Below are positions 28,087 to 39,373 of a stretch of 64,000 nt of DNA, one piece after another (within the stretch, counting starts at the first letter, position 1; the number at the start of each line of letters is the position of its first letter). The notes under the pieces are model-generated. The model had not been told where the DNA came from, searched no databases, and saw only the letters and a list, made by a program, of their open reading frames with translations. Source of the stretch: Poseidonia sp. (GTDB lineage Archaea > Thermoplasmatota > Poseidoniia > Poseidoniales > Poseidoniaceae); contig JAKMEE010000047.1 in assembly GCA_022426155.1 (NCBI GenBank), positions 5,968 through 69,967 of the forward strand, written 5' to 3'. The position numbers and the translations under genes were made by a program.

Positions 28087-28788
28087 ATGGAAGAAACCAA
28101 GGTTGTGGTGCTGACAGGAGCAGGTATTTCTGCAGAATCAGGAGTTCGAACCTTTCGCGATGGTGATGGTTTGTGGGAGGAACACCGCATTGAAGATGTG
28201 GCAACACCGCAAGCATGGATGGCTGACCCAGTGCTTGTGTGGCGTTTTTATCAGGCACGCCGGCGGCAATTATTCGATGTGAAACCCAATCCTGCTCATG
28301 AAGCACTGGCCAACTTTGCACAGAAACATTCTCAATTCACATTGATTACACAGAACGTTGACGATTTACATGAACGTGCTGGTAATGATGCCACTATCCA
28401 CATGCACGGTCGTTTGCGAACCCTACGTTGTGAGCAAAGTGAGAGAAGTGAACCGAGGATGGATGAAAGAGACCTTGGTGATGAATTCCTGATGTGCAAA
28501 TGTTGTGCTACACCCCAACGCCTGCGACCTGACATCGTTTGGTTTGGTGAAACGCCTATGCGAATGGATGAAATTTATTCAGCTGTTGAAAATTGTGATC
28601 TATTCATCGTCGTTGGAAGCTCCGGACATGTTTATCCAGCAGCAGGGCTGGTCAATGTTGCAAACACTGCAGGCGCAAAAACGATGTTGGTCAATCTTGA
28701 AGCACCAGCTAATGCCGATTCTTTTGATGAGATTCACCTTGGGAAAGCAGGTGAAATACTCCCCGAGGTCTTAGGTTTGTTACTCTAA
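28087..28788 (+). CDS. cobB: NAD-dependent protein deacylase (Sir2/CobB family sirtuin)
   Basis: Start at MEETKVVVLTGAGISAESGVRTFRD. Motifs TQNVDDLHERAG, HMHG and VVGSSGHVYPAAG. About 233 aa, a typical sirtuin size. Confidence 0.88.
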   Translation: MEETKVVVLTGAGISAESGVRTFRDGDGLWEEHRIEDVATPQAWMADPVLVWRFYQARRRQLFDVKPNPAHEALANFAQKHSQFTLITQNVDDLHERAGNDATIHMHGRLRTLRCEQSERSEPRMDERDLGDEFLMCKCCATPQRLRPDIVWFGETPMRMDEIYSAVENCDLFIVVGSSGHVYPAAGLVNVANTAGAKTMLVNLEAPANADSFDEIHLGKAGEILPEVLGLLL

Positions 28789-28792
28789 AATA

Positions 28793-28828
28793 TTTGGATA
28801 GAAGGAAGTGCTTCCTGATATTTCCAAA
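28793..28828. terminator. Imperfect inverted repeat between convergent cobB and pyrG (possible bidirectional terminator structure)
   Basis: TTTGGA-taga-AGGAAG-tg-CTTCCT-gatatt-TCCAAA. Two 6-bp stems are separated by internal loops. It begins 5 nt after the cobB stop. Confidence 0.3.
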
Positions 28829-28964
28829 CTGAGAATACCAGTGTACTGTGTTGCATTTACGCTGAATCTTTTTTCCAATTTGACCCATGGAGGGTAGAAC
28901 TCGATACAAATCAAGTTGCCACTCCATTTGAGTTGTCGAGCGAGGAAAGAATCCCTTCAACCCT

Positions 28965-30593
28965 TCATTGTTGACCAGCAGCCGCTTGGAGCAACCCGAG
29001 GAAAGGCGGGCTTGGACGGTTTGGCCTTGATTTGAATTCTGGATGGAATTGAACACCGACATAGTATGGATGGTCTTTCAATTCAAAGATTTCACATCGT
29101 TGACCGGATTCATCTTTCCCAACAAATACCAGGCCTGCTGCTTCGATTCGTTCGATTAAATCAGGATTCACTTCGTAGCGGTGACGATGGCGCTCATCCA
29201 CGGCTTCACCAGCCCCATACAAAGATCGTATGTTGCATGATTCAACTTGCCATAGCGTTGGTCTGCTTCCCAAACGCATGGTGCCCCCTAGATGGGTTTT
29301 GGAAATTTCAGGCATGAATACAACAGCTGCATGTTCCGGGCTATCTTCAAATTCTGTCGAATTCGCTCCATTGAGCCCCAGTACGTTACGGCAGAATTCG
29401 ATGGTGGCCACCTGTAAGCCGAGACAAATACCGAGGTAGGGCACGTTTTTCGTTCTCGCATGTTGAGCCGCCAAAATCTTGCCTTCAACGCCCCGATCAC
29501 CAAAACCACCAGGGACGAGGATTCCATCGGCGTTCTTGAGCATGGCCCAGGCAGCTTCATTCTCAGCAGTGTCCCAATCCAATTCCAGATGACTTGCTTC
29601 AATCCAATCGATGATGAGTTTCCTGTCAACGGCCATGGCGGCGTGTTGCAAGCTTTTGATCACCGAGAGATAGGCATCGGAGAGGTCTGTATATTTTCCA
29701 ACCATGGCAATGTTCACTTCTTTGGTGAGTGTATCAAGGTGATGAGCCATGTCCTTCCATTCAGAGAGAAGACTGGTATTGGTACAATCAACGCCAAGGA
29801 TCTCACAGAGGCCCTGTTCTTGGAGCATTAGTGGCACGTGGTAGATATTGGGTACATCGTGAGTTGACATCACTGCTTCGGGTTTGACATGGCAGAAGGC
29901 AGCGAGTTTGTTACGGGTTTCATCGTTGAGCGGAGCGGAAGAACGGCAAACAAGGATGTCCGGGGTAATCCCTAATCCACGTAATTCTTTCACAGTATGT
30001 TGAGTCGGTTTGGTCTTTTGTTCTCCAACTGGCCCCATGACAGGGACCAATGAAACATGGACAAATGTGACGTTTTCTCTTCCAACACGAAATTGGAATT
30101 GTCGCAACGCCTCAATGTATGGGGCTGATTCAATGTCGCCCACAGTCCCGCCCAATTCGATGATACAAGCATCGGGAGTTTCATCACTACCATCTGCGGG
30201 TTTTGCAGCAACATCCTCAATCCAATCTTGTACGGCATCGGTAATATGCGGGATTACTTGAACGGTTTTGCCAAGATAATCACCTCTGCGTTCCGCTTCA
30301 ATGACTTGAGAATAGATTTTCCCTGTTGTGAGGTTGTTGTCCTTTGACAAATTGATGTCCAAGAACCGTTCGTAATTACCGAGGTCGAGGTCAACTTCTC
30401 CACCGTCGTCGAGGACAAAAACCTCCCCGTGTTCGAAGGGGGACATGGTGCCAGCATCGCTGTTCAGATAGGGGTCTATTTTGATGGAAGTGACACGCAG
30501 TCCAGCGCTTTTCAGCAACACTCCGATGCTGCTTGCGGTGACGCCTTTCCCTAAACCAGAAAGTACTCCCCCACTGACAACTACGTACTTCAT
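28965..30593 (-). CDS. pyrG: CTP synthase
   Basis: 542 aa. N-terminus [24 protein letters not shown]. Glutamine amidotransferase motif GICLGLQ and C-terminal HRHRYEVN. Confidence 0.96.
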   Translation of the reverse strand: MKYVVVSGGVLSGLGKGVTASSIGVLLKSAGLRVTSIKIDPYLNSDAGTMSPFEHGEVFVLDDGGEVDLDLGNYERFLDINLSKDNNLTTGKIYSQVIEAERRGDYLGKTVQVIPHITDAVQDWIEDVAAKPADGSDETPDACIIELGGTVGDIESAPYIEALRQFQFRVGRENVTFVHVSLVPVMGPVGEQKTKPTQHTVKELRGLGITPDILVCRSSAPLNDETRNKLAAFCHVKPEAVMSTHDVPNIYHVPLMLQEQGLCEILGVDCTNTSLLSEWKDMAHHLDTLTKEVNIAMVGKYTDLSDAYLSVIKSLQHAAMAVDRKLIIDWIEASHLELDWDTAENEAAWAMLKNADGILVPGGFGDRGVEGKILAAQHARTKNVPYLGICLGLQVATIEFCRNVLGLNGANSTEFEDSPEHAAVVFMPEISKTHLGGTMRLGSRPTLWQVESCNIRSLYGAGEAVDERHRHRYEVNPDLIERIEAAGLVFVGKDESGQRCEIFELKDHPYYVGVQFHPEFKSRPNRPSPPFLGLLQAAAGQQ

Positions 30594-30745
30594 GCACCAT
30601 CAACGGGCTTTTAGGCTGTCGCGCCTCCCTAATCAACATATCCGAACAACATCTCGGTTTCTTGTTTTTGAGTTGGATGTAGCGTGAGAACTGTTTGAGC
30701 GAAGGATGAAAAGGCTTCCATGGAAAACAAGAGCGAGGGGGAGCC

Positions 30746-31798
30746 ATGAATCAAGTGCCATTGACCATGAAAGCGTGGACAAAAACCCTTGATGAGCGAG
30801 GTGGCTTCACCTTGGAAGACCACCCAATTCCAAAGCCTGTCGCAGGCGAAGTTCTGATTCAAACACTGTCCACTTCCGTTTGTGGTACCGACCTTCACAT
30901 TTGGAAATGGGATGATTGGAGTCGTGAGAACGTACCTCTTGGAACCATCACGGGGCATGAAACAAGCGGGAAGGTGGTTGCTTTGGGCGATGGAGTCACA
31001 TCTCATTCCATTGGGGATTTGGTGGCCATTGAATGCCACCTTGCTTGTTGGTCTTGCCCTCGTTGCGATGAAGGGAACGCTCACATTTGCGAGAACGGTT
31101 CCATCTTTGGTGTCCACGGCAACGGGGCCTTCGCTCCATTTTTCGTGGTTCCCGCCGTCAATGCACGGCAGATTCCAGAGGGGTTGGATCCTGGCCATGC
31201 CTCCATTCAAGACCCCCTGGGTAACGCCATTCACACGTTGACAGGCGGTCCAATTGAAGGAGCAACGGTCGCAATTCACGGACTTGGCCCCATCGGTTTA
31301 TTCGCGGTAAATGCTGCCAAAGCAATGGGTGCAAAATATGTCATTGCCATCGATTGGGACAACCAATATCGGATGAATTTGGCCAAAGGTTTGGGAGCAG
31401 ACCTTGTGTTGGGTAAAGACGACGATGTCGTTCAAGCCATTCTTGATGCAACCGAAGGACGAGGAGTCGACAATAGTTGCGAATTTTCAGGTTCGCCAAC
31501 AGCTCTTGCCAACACCGTACATTCGACACGAATGGGAGGCTACGTCAATGTCCTCTCAGTCTATGGAGATTCAATGCCAGCAGTTCCAATGAATGAAGTA
31601 GTGTTTCGATACCTCCATGTCAAAGGCATCAACGGTCGTAAAATGTGGTCCACATGGGACACCATGCACGAGCTCCTCTCAGCAGGGAAGATCGATGTTG
31701 ACCGTGTGTTAACCCACAGAATGCCAATAGAGAACTTCCCCGAAGCAATGGAATTAGCATTGTCCGGAGAGTGCGGGAAAATTGTGCTGGACCACTGA
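30746..31798 (+). CDS. tdh: L-threonine 3-dehydrogenase-like Zn-dependent dehydrogenase
   Basis: 350 aa. CGTDLHIWKWDDWS, GHETSGKVVALG, structural Zn cysteines CWSCPRCDEGNAHIC, and Rossmann motif IHGLGPIG. Confidence 0.85.
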   Translation: MNQVPLTMKAWTKTLDERGGFTLEDHPIPKPVAGEVLIQTLSTSVCGTDLHIWKWDDWSRENVPLGTITGHETSGKVVALGDGVTSHSIGDLVAIECHLACWSCPRCDEGNAHICENGSIFGVHGNGAFAPFFVVPAVNARQIPEGLDPGHASIQDPLGNAIHTLTGGPIEGATVAIHGLGPIGLFAVNAAKAMGAKYVIAIDWDNQYRMNLAKGLGADLVLGKDDDVVQAILDATEGRGVDNSCEFSGSPTALANTVHSTRMGGYVNVLSVYGDSMPAVPMNEVVFRYLHVKGINGRKMWSTWDTMHELLSAGKIDVDRVLTHRMPIENFPEAMELALSGECGKIVLDH

Positions 31799-31800
31799 AC

Positions 31801-33396
31801 TTAATCTTCGTCGAGTACACCCTCTGGGATCGCAGCATCTTGCTTTGCCCAAAGGACATCATCAATCCGTAGTACTGAAAGTGCTGCTTCTGTGGCTCCA
31901 GCCAGCGCCTGCCGGGTGATGCGTAGAGGTTCGAGCACGCCTTGTTCAACCATGTTTGCTGGACGGCGCGCCACCACATCCAAGCCAATACAATGGGCGA
32001 GTTCACCGTCATGATTGCTCTGTTTTGCGACCACCTGCAACAAGGTGTCCAAGGGGTCAAGTCCTGCATTTTCTGCAAGCACTCGTGGAATCACTTCCAA
32101 TGCATCCGCAAACGCCTCCACGGCAAGTTGTTCGCGGCCTGGTATTGTTTCGGCATGCCGCCGTAGGTGACGAGCGAGGGCGATTTGCGTCGCTCCCCCG
32201 CCAGGAAGGAGTAGTGGCTCTTCCAGTAGTTGACAAGCAACTCCCAAGGCATCTGCAAAGCATCGTTCAACTTCGCCCACCACTTCATTTGTTGAGCCTT
32301 GAGCAATGAACGTTGCACCGCCTTCTTCAGTTTCAACAATCCAATGCATGACACCGTTCCATCGTTCGTTTTTACTGGAAATGAATGCACCTAAATCACT
32401 GCTATGCAATCCTCTGATGTTCAAACTCAGGGTTGCGCCAGTTCCACGCGCAAGGAGGTCTAAATCAGAGCGTGCTACACGACGATACGTCTGAATGCCA
32501 GCATCGCTCAAGGCTTGATGCATGTCATCATCAATGCCTTCTTTGCAGGCCAAAAGGGTGATTCCGAGAGATTTGATATGCTTAACTTGTTCAAGCAACA
32601 TGGCATATTCTTTCTCTCGAAAGGACTCAAGAACACCCGTTCCAGTCACATTCAGGGTTACATCACTCATCATTTCTCTTCGCTCAAGGCCACCATCAAT
32701 CAAGGCCACCTTTCCGGCTTTGAGGTGCTTTGGCATGCCATCCGAAACTCGCTTTTTTGCCAAAACGAGGCCAGTTACCAGATGAGATTGTTCCATGCCT
32801 CCACCTGTTTGTGTGAGGATTTTCACTCGTGTTGGATCTGCTACTGGGCCATTGGGGCCCTCCATGAGGACAGCACTCGCCGCTTCCAATGCAAGGCCAG
32901 CTAATCGGTTTTGCATGTTTGCATGAATCTTTCCTGCCAACGAGGTATGGGTTGCGCGATGTTGCAATTCCTTACTTGCATCAAGGGTCAGGTTTTGGAA
33001 ATGCTCCCGGCATGTGGCTTCTGCCAATCTGTACCCACGACCAATCGCTGAAGGGTGGACGCCCTGGAGCACAAGCTCCCAAGCATTTTGAAGAAGTTCT
33101 GCAGCAAAAAGTACCGCACTGGTTGTTCCATCTCGTGCGATTCGGTCTTGAGTGGTTGAAGTGTTGATCAGCATCTTTGCAACCGGATGCTCTACTTTGG
33201 CGGATTCAAGCACGGTCACGCCATCATTGGTCACCATCGTACGACCTTCATCGTCCAACAGCAATTTGTCTTGGCCAAGTGGACCTAGGGTTGTGCGAAC
33301 CGCTCCAGCCAAGGCCATGGCTGCTGTGATGTTGTTGCGAAGGGCTTCCCGGCCCGTCGAGCGAGTGGTCTCTTGGAGAATAGGGACATCGCTCAT
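31801..33396 (-). CDS. ths: Thermosome subunit (group II chaperonin)
   Basis: Motifs TLGPLGQDKLL, VTNDGVTVL and LPGGGATQ. I prefer the ATG at 33396 (MSDVPILQE), with AGGTGG 8 nt upstream. The track ORF starts at a GTG at 33429. Confidence 0.93.
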   Translation of the reverse strand: MSDVPILQETTRSTGREALRNNITAAMALAGAVRTTLGPLGQDKLLLDDEGRTMVTNDGVTVLESAKVEHPVAKMLINTSTTQDRIARDGTTSAVLFAAELLQNAWELVLQGVHPSAIGRGYRLAEATCREHFQNLTLDASKELQHRATHTSLAGKIHANMQNRLAGLALEAASAVLMEGPNGPVADPTRVKILTQTGGGMEQSHLVTGLVLAKKRVSDGMPKHLKAGKVALIDGGLERREMMSDVTLNVTGTGVLESFREKEYAMLLEQVKHIKSLGITLLACKEGIDDDMHQALSDAGIQTYRRVARSDLDLLARGTGATLSLNIRGLHSSDLGAFISSKNERWNGVMHWIVETEEGGATFIAQGSTNEVVGEVERCFADALGVACQLLEEPLLLPGGGATQIALARHLRRHAETIPGREQLAVEAFADALEVIPRVLAENAGLDPLDTLLQVVAKQSNHDGELAHCIGLDVVARRPANMVEQGVLEPLRITRQALAGATEAALSVLRIDDVLWAKQDAAIPEGVLDED

Positions 33397-33456
33397 GCAT
33401 TGGCCACCTGCCTCTTCCCCATAAGCCACACGCCTTGGGAGATGATGCTCTTTGAC

Positions 33457-35340
33457 TCAGTCTTCGTCTTCAACCACTTCAAAATCAGCGTCAACGACAT
33501 CGTCTGCGACATTGATCTCTCCGTCTTCGCCACTTTCTTGTTCAGCCATCTCTGCAGCAGCAGCTTCGTACAACTTGGATGAGACAGCGTGCATGGCTTC
33601 TTCGAGTTCCTTGACCTTTGCCTGAATGGCAGCGTCGTCCATGGCCTCGATGTCCACGGCTTTGCCATCTTCATCTTGAACCATTTTCTCAAGTTCATCC
33701 AACAGAGCATTCACGGGCTCAACATCGCTTTCGTCCAACTTATCTTCTGATTCAGTGAGGGTGCGACGGGTTTGGTATACGACTTGATCGGCCATGTTGC
33801 GGAGCTCGACCTTGCCCTTACGGCGTTGGTCATCTTCTGCAAATTTCTCGGCTTCTGCGATTTTGTCTTGGATTTCATCTTCGGTTAACGAAGTAGCGGA
33901 TTCAATCTTGATGGATTGTTCCTTCCCAGTTCCCATGTCCTTGGCACTCACGTTGACGATTCCGTTGGCATCGATGTCAAAGGTGACCTCGATTTGTGGA
34001 ACGCCGCGTGGAGCCGGTGGAATTCCAACAAGTTGGAATTGGCCGAGGGTGACGTTGTCCTTTGCAAACTCACGCTCTCCTTGAAGCACGTGGATTTCAA
34101 CAGCGGGTTGATTGTCTGAGGCCGTTGAGTAAATTTCAGAACGTCGGGATGGAATGGTGGTATTGCGTTCAATCATTGTGGTCATGACGCCACCAAGTGT
34201 CTCAATACCCAAGGTCAATGGAGTGACGTCGAGCAGAAGGATATCGGATACACCTTCATCACCAGCGATGATACCAGCCTGTAATGCAGCCCCAAGAGCC
34301 ACGGCTTCATCAGGATTGATGCCCTTGTAGGGGGGCTTTCCAGCCTCTTTTTCAACTGCATCTTGAACAGCAGGCACACGTGTTGAGCCTCCAACCAAAA
34401 TGACCTTGTCAACATCGCCCTTCTTGATTGAAGCATCTTTCATGGCTTGTCGGGTTGGAACCATGGTTTTCTCAATGAGTTTGGAGATGAGGTCCTCAAA
34501 TTTGGCTCGTGAAAGCGAGAGATCCATGTGAACAGGTTGTCCATCCACCATGGAAATAAAGGGCAAATTGATTTGCGTTTGTTGTGTCCCACTCAATTCA
34601 ATCTTGGCTTTCTCTGCGGCTTCCTTGAGTCGAGACATGGCTTGCTTGTCCTTGGACAAATCAATACCAGTTTCCTTCTTGAATTCCGCATTCATCCAGT
34701 CGATAATTTTCTCATCAAAATCATCTCCACCGAGTTTGTTGTTTCCTGCTGTTGCTTTGACTTCGATCTGTGGTTGTCCATCGACTTCATAGATTTCAAG
34801 AATAGAAACGTCAAAAGTTCCACCGCCAAGGTCGTAGACGAGAATGGTTTGGTCTTGGGTCTTATCCACGCCATAGGCCAAAGCAGCCGCAGTTGGTTCA
34901 TTGATGATACGCAAGACCTCAAGGCCAGCGATTCGGCCAGCGTCCTTGGTTGCTTTTCGTTGTGCGTCGGTGAAGTAGGCAGGACAAGTGATGACCGCTT
35001 GATTGACTTCATGACCTAGGTAGGCTTCAGCGTCAGCTTTGAGCTTCTGCAGAATGAATGCAGAAACCTCTTGAGGTGTGTATTTGGTTCCGTCAACATC
35101 GGTGGACCATTGAGTCCCCATGTGGCGTTTCACTGAAATCATGGTGCGTTCTGTATTGGTGACAGCTTGTCGCTTGGCAGTTACACCGATGAGGCGTTCA
35201 CCACCGTCTTTGGCAAAAGCCACTACGGAGGGGGTTGTGCGTGCACCTTCTGCATTCGGTATCACAACGGGTTCACCGTTTTCAATCGTCGCAACGCAGC
35301 TGTTGGTCGTTCCTAGGTCTATTCCAATCACTTTACTCAT
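33457..35340 (-). CDS. dnaK: Hsp70 chaperone DnaK
   Basis: 627 aa. Motifs [17 protein letters not shown] and [13 protein letters not shown]. Acidic C-terminus [15 protein letters not shown]. Confidence 0.96.
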   Translation of the reverse strand: MSKVIGIDLGTTNSCVATIENGEPVVIPNAEGARTTPSVVAFAKDGGERLIGVTAKRQAVTNTERTMISVKRHMGTQWSTDVDGTKYTPQEVSAFILQKLKADAEAYLGHEVNQAVITCPAYFTDAQRKATKDAGRIAGLEVLRIINEPTAAALAYGVDKTQDQTILVYDLGGGTFDVSILEIYEVDGQPQIEVKATAGNNKLGGDDFDEKIIDWMNAEFKKETGIDLSKDKQAMSRLKEAAEKAKIELSGTQQTQINLPFISMVDGQPVHMDLSLSRAKFEDLISKLIEKTMVPTRQAMKDASIKKGDVDKVILVGGSTRVPAVQDAVEKEAGKPPYKGINPDEAVALGAALQAGIIAGDEGVSDILLLDVTPLTLGIETLGGVMTTMIERNTTIPSRRSEIYSTASDNQPAVEIHVLQGEREFAKDNVTLGQFQLVGIPPAPRGVPQIEVTFDIDANGIVNVSAKDMGTGKEQSIKIESATSLTEDEIQDKIAEAEKFAEDDQRRKGKVELRNMADQVVYQTRRTLTESEDKLDESDVEPVNALLDELEKMVQDEDGKAVDIEAMDDAAIQAKVKELEEAMHAVSSKLYEAAAAEMAEQESGEDGEINVADDVVDADFEVVEDED

Positions 35341-35360
35341 GTTGTTTCACTTCCTCTGTT

Positions 35361-36059
35361 TCAAAAAATGGGGATTCCACCGTCATCTTCATCGTCATCA
35401 TCATCGTTGTCTCCAACGTCAATACTGACTTCCATATCGGTGGGAATCGAATCGTCACTCTTGTCTTCGAGAGCCTTGCCTTGGGGTGTCAACTTGAGGG
35501 TGATGTCCAAGATGCCGTTATTCAAACTCCACTCCACCACATCATCACAGGGGTGTGGGAGCTCAACAAGAGCCAAGGGGGTTACCTGGGTGGTCCTCAT
35601 GATTTCAATCTGGGAACCTTCCTTGACGAGTTCGATCTCGAGATGCTCAGGCTCAATGTCACCTTTGAGTGTGAAATCAATCGTTACTGACATGTTCCAT
35701 CCATCAAGATATACGTCCTCGCTGGGCAATGTGATGGTATCGTCTTCAGCTGGTTCAAGGGCCGATGGGTCAATTTCAACAGGTGCCGCATCAACTCGCA
35801 TTTCGACGCCCATGTTCTTCAGCATGTCTTCAATTGAAAGCCCAGATCCGAACATTTTCGTGATTTCTGAGAGATCAAAATTGAAGTTCACATCGCCCTT
35901 TGCGAGTTTCTCAGGGTCAAGGCCAGCGGCTTTGAATTGATCTTGGAATTGGCTCATCAATTGGCGTAGTTGTTCACGTTGGAATGGGATGCCCATGTTC
36001 TTGAACATTGTTTCCAATTTGTCCAAGAAATCATCTTCCCACTCGTTGTTATCTGCCAT
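35361..36059 (-). CDS. Small heat-shock protein-like protein (alpha-crystallin-type domain with long N-terminal and acidic C-terminal extensions)
   Basis: Start at MADNNEWEDD. ACD-like core DVYLDGWNMSVTIDFTLKGDIEPEHLEIELVKEGSQIEIM...VVEWSLNNGILDITLKL. C-terminus DDDDDEDDGGIPIF resembles the sHSP IxI motif. 20-nt gap to dnaK. Confidence 0.7.
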   Translation of the reverse strand: MADNNEWEDDFLDKLETMFKNMGIPFQREQLRQLMSQFQDQFKAAGLDPEKLAKGDVNFNFDLSEITKMFGSGLSIEDMLKNMGVEMRVDAAPVEIDPSALEPAEDDTITLPSEDVYLDGWNMSVTIDFTLKGDIEPEHLEIELVKEGSQIEIMRTTQVTPLALVELPHPCDDVVEWSLNNGILDITLKLTPQGKALEDKSDDSIPTDMEVSIDVGDNDDDDDEDDGGIPIF

Positions 36060-36105
36060 ACTGCTCACTACTAAACCATCGGTTATGTAGTGGCCAGTGT
36101 GCAAC

Positions 36106-36117
36106 GGGATATAAACC
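36106..36117 (-). promoter_or_regulatory. TATA-box-like element upstream of the sHSP-like/dnaK/thermosome gene string
   Basis: The minus strand reads GGTTTATATCCC, centred about 53 nt upstream of the ATG at 36059. Confidence 0.4.
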
Positions 36118-36349
36118 TAATCAAATCACTGATTTGAAATCGAAACCATCTCTGATCCGTCAAAACGTCCATGCCGGATTCATTTCCCAGAAAAAGGGGC
36201 GCGTATTTTTATTAAACAACAAAAGAAAGATGACATAACGATCTTCTTCTGAATCATTGGATTTACGAAGGCAGTTGGCCGCCGAATGAGTCAAACAGTC
36301 TTCTCGTTCCAAACCTTCGTCGTTGAATCGACCATGTTGGGATTGAGTG

Positions 36350-37843
36350 TCACTCGCCGTTGATGAATTTGACGAGGGTGCGCACATGAACACCGGTTGC
36401 GCCATGTCCAACGGTCTTGTTGGTCTTGGCTCCCCAGTAGGTTCCAGCGATATCCATGTGAGCCCAAGGAATGTCTTCTGCATCGTCGCCTTCACCACGT
36501 TGGGGAACGAATTGCTTGAGGAAGGCTGCAGCGGTGTTAGCACCACCCCAGCGTCCAGCTCCGAGGTTTCGAGTATCTGCAATCTTTGAATCTGTCATCT
36601 CCTTTTCGAACGCAGGGAGAAGAGGCATAGGCCAAGCGAGTTCTCCAGCGTCCTTGCTCGTTTCATGAATTCGTGTACGGAAGTCTTCGTCGTTGGACCA
36701 CAAACCTGTTGCTTCGTGACCAAGTGCTACGACACATGCCCCAGTTAGGGTTGCAAAATCAATGATGTATTCGGCGTCATAGTCAGTTCCAGCCTTCCAG
36801 AGTCCGTCTGAAAGCACCAAGCGACCTTCTGCATCGGTGTTGAGCACTTCAATGGTTTTTCCAGAAAGGGTAGTGATGACATCACCAGGGCGCTGAGCGT
36901 TAGATGATGGCATGTTTTCTGCCATGCAAGTGATGCCAACGACCTTTCCTTTGTGTCCAGATGCGGCAAGTGCCTCCATGGTTCCAAACACGGTTGCAGA
37001 GCCTCCCATGTCATACTTCATTTCGTCCATGTTAGCGCCGGGTTTGAGGGAAATACCTCCGGTGTCAAAGGTGATTCCCTTTCCTACAAGAACGGGGTGG
37101 CGGCCACTGTGCTGTCCATTGAGGGTGAAAATCACCATGCATGGTTTTCGTGCTGAGCCCATGCCCACAGCCACGAGTCCTCCCATACCCTTTCGGATGG
37201 CTTCTTCGTAGTTGATGATTTCAACATTGACGTGATCATAATCTTCTGCCCATGCTTCAGCCATTTCAGCGAATGCCATGGGGTACATGTCGTTTGGAGG
37301 GGTGTTGCCGAGATCTCGGGAGAGGTGGACGCCACTCACGACGGCTGTTGCATGATCAATGGCCAAGGAGAGTTCGGATGCGGCCGATTCGCCGCAGTTG
37401 ATTCGAGCAGCGAGGGTCGTTTTTTCCTCATCATCTTTTGATTGTTGATAGCGGTCAAATGAGTAATCTCGGAGCATCATGCCCTCAGCGAAGGCTGTCA
37501 TTGCATCAATGTCATCGGTTGTGAACATCACGGTCATTTCATCGCCATGTGATTTCTTGTGGCTTGCGACAATTGTTGCGCCTGCTTCTCGGTAGGTGTT
37601 GTTATTGGCCTTGTCTTCCTTACCCAATCCGACGAGGATTGCTTTGCCACCATCGGTGCCGTAGAGGGACATGGTCGTGTTGGCTTTCGCTTTGAAATCT
37701 CCATCATCCAAGACCCGATTGATTTGGCTCTTCAGGGCGGTGTGTATTCCTTCTGCTGAGTTTGGAGCAGATGTAGTTCCTTCGAATAATGGGAGGACGA
37801 GGGTGCCGTTGATGTTGTTTCCTGAACTGACTGTGACTTTCAT
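36350..37843 (-). CDS. pepA: Leucyl aminopeptidase (M17)
   Basis: 497 aa. M17 signature NTDAEGRLVLSD, plus VGKGITFDTGG. Confidence 0.92.
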   Translation of the reverse strand: MKVTVSSGNNINGTLVLPLFEGTTSAPNSAEGIHTALKSQINRVLDDGDFKAKANTTMSLYGTDGGKAILVGLGKEDKANNNTYREAGATIVASHKKSHGDEMTVMFTTDDIDAMTAFAEGMMLRDYSFDRYQQSKDDEEKTTLAARINCGESAASELSLAIDHATAVVSGVHLSRDLGNTPPNDMYPMAFAEMAEAWAEDYDHVNVEIINYEEAIRKGMGGLVAVGMGSARKPCMVIFTLNGQHSGRHPVLVGKGITFDTGGISLKPGANMDEMKYDMGGSATVFGTMEALAASGHKGKVVGITCMAENMPSSNAQRPGDVITTLSGKTIEVLNTDAEGRLVLSDGLWKAGTDYDAEYIIDFATLTGACVVALGHEATGLWSNDEDFRTRIHETSKDAGELAWPMPLLPAFEKEMTDSKIADTRNLGAGRWGGANTAAAFLKQFVPQRGEGDDAEDIPWAHMDIAGTYWGAKTNKTVGHGATGVHVRTLVKFINGE

Positions 37844-37960
37844 GCTTTCACCGAATCATGCGAATCATGTCCAACACTTGAAACCTCTTCCGCAGTGGTT
37901 TGCTTTTCCAAGGAGATAATTCGGGCTACTGAAGAGGTTATTTGGCATTTTGGAATGAAG

Positions 37961-39334
37961 TCAAAGGTCCTTTTCAATCCCTTTCGATGGTCTTTGTAAC
38001 CTGTCTTGCTTTTGGACAAATGCTGCTGCTGCAACGAAACCGACAATGATACTAACCGAATTGAATACGCCGTAACCTACCAAGAAGGCTCCATCATCTG
38101 TTTGAATTAGCGTATAGGATGAAGAATTGATGGTTTCGTTCACCCACCGACTGGATTCAACAATTCGAACTTGGTAATTCAATGCCCATGACCCTTCAGG
38201 GACAAGTATTGATGAGTCAAAATCGAATGCTGCTGAGGTGGAATTGGTGGCATTGATCGCAATAAAAGGAGAAGTCCATACAACGGTTCCATCGCTATCC
38301 ACATATTGCAAACTTGCATTGTTCGTGGTGGACCTTCCAAAATTGTTGATGTCGACTTCAACGCTGTCGTCCATCACCGTCATGCTTGCGATGTCTAGGC
38401 GTGCTCGCCAGTACCAGACGTTATCAATCAGGTAACGCATTACATCAAGTTCTTCGCCCAAACGGTCCGATAGAGCCTCAACGGTTCCAAGCAACCATTG
38501 CTCGTCATCCGTCTCAAATGTGAATGTGGGGTACCCCATGATTCCATAGCCATAATCCCGACTGGTCCCAGAATTTGGGTAAAGACCTTGGTTGGCGTTG
38601 CGAATGGGAATATCTGAGATGTTGGCATTCACATCGTCACGAATGAAGTGGTAGAGCTCCCAATCGATGGGTTGGTCTGGAATGTATCCCCAAGGGTGCA
38701 GCATGATCCAAACACCCGTATGCATGGTGATGTACAGATCAGCATCCGGGACTTCTGTTTGCATGTAATTGGCATTGGCAGCAGTTTCAGCCTCACTGAA
38801 AGGACCTGAACCTGGTTGGGTCTCATCCTGTTCATTCCAGTGATGGTCATAGTTTCTGTTCAAATCGACTTGGTTGATATTCCAACGTGTGTCAAGATCG
38901 TTTCCATCTGCATTAAGCATGATCAGAACATGGATTTCAGTATTGGTCAACACATCAATGGCTTCTTGTTCGCCAGCAGCCCAACCCTCGATGTAGAATT
39001 TCGCAGTCAAGAAGGCCAATTCAGTTCCGAGGTGCTCATTTCCATGATGGCCTCCGTCGATGTAAACGATTTCCTTCGCCGTCCCATCCGGTTTTGTCTC
39101 GTTGCTCCAATCCGATATCCGAACAACCCAGAGATTCTTCCCAAGCTCCGTTTGACCTGCGATGGCTAGGTCAACGATGTCTGGATGATCATCCGCCCAC
39201 GCATTGACGTCGGTGGTAAGTGTCGCATAGGAATGGTACCAGTGTTCTTGAACGATATCCGGCTGTTGAGCATTCGACAACGGCACTATGGGTCCAGCCA
39301 AAAGAAGGAGGACGCACAAAGCCCAAACGCGCAT
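37961..39334 (-). CDS. Secreted, membrane-anchored M14 zinc carboxypeptidase
   Basis: 457 aa. Signal peptide MRVWALCVLLLLAGPIVPLSNA. Zn motif GGHHGNEHLG. Also NADGNDLDTRWN and DLNRNYDHHW. C-terminal TM SVSIIVGFVAAAAFV. Confidence 0.85.
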   Translation of the reverse strand: MRVWALCVLLLLAGPIVPLSNAQQPDIVQEHWYHSYATLTTDVNAWADDHPDIVDLAIAGQTELGKNLWVVRISDWSNETKPDGTAKEIVYIDGGHHGNEHLGTELAFLTAKFYIEGWAAGEQEAIDVLTNTEIHVLIMLNADGNDLDTRWNINQVDLNRNYDHHWNEQDETQPGSGPFSEAETAANANYMQTEVPDADLYITMHTGVWIMLHPWGYIPDQPIDWELYHFIRDDVNANISDIPIRNANQGLYPNSGTSRDYGYGIMGYPTFTFETDDEQWLLGTVEALSDRLGEELDVMRYLIDNVWYWRARLDIASMTVMDDSVEVDINNFGRSTTNNASLQYVDSDGTVVWTSPFIAINATNSTSAAFDFDSSILVPEGSWALNYQVRIVESSRWVNETINSSSYTLIQTDDGAFLVGYGVFNSVSIIVGFVAAAAFVQKQDRLQRPSKGIEKDL

Positions 39335-39373
39335 GTCAAAGCCTCGCGGCGGTGGGGTAAGAAGTTAACCAAA

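Noticed and set aside
28087-28788. Sir2-domain gene as a possible anti-phage defence effector (Thoeris/DSR-like)
   Set aside because: It has canonical sirtuin size and motifs (GAGISAESG, TQNVD, HG), no fused or adjacent sensor/ATPase genes, and housekeeping neighbours.
30629-31279. 216-aa minus-strand ORF across the pyrG/tdh promoter and the tdh 5' half
   Set aside because: It is antisense to a strongly supported tdh frame, has no motifs, and would span the divergent promoter.
35368-35940. 190-aa plus-strand Ser-rich ORF
   Set aside because: It is an antisense shadow of the Asp/Glu-rich sHSP-like gene (poly-Ser from GAT/GAC complements).
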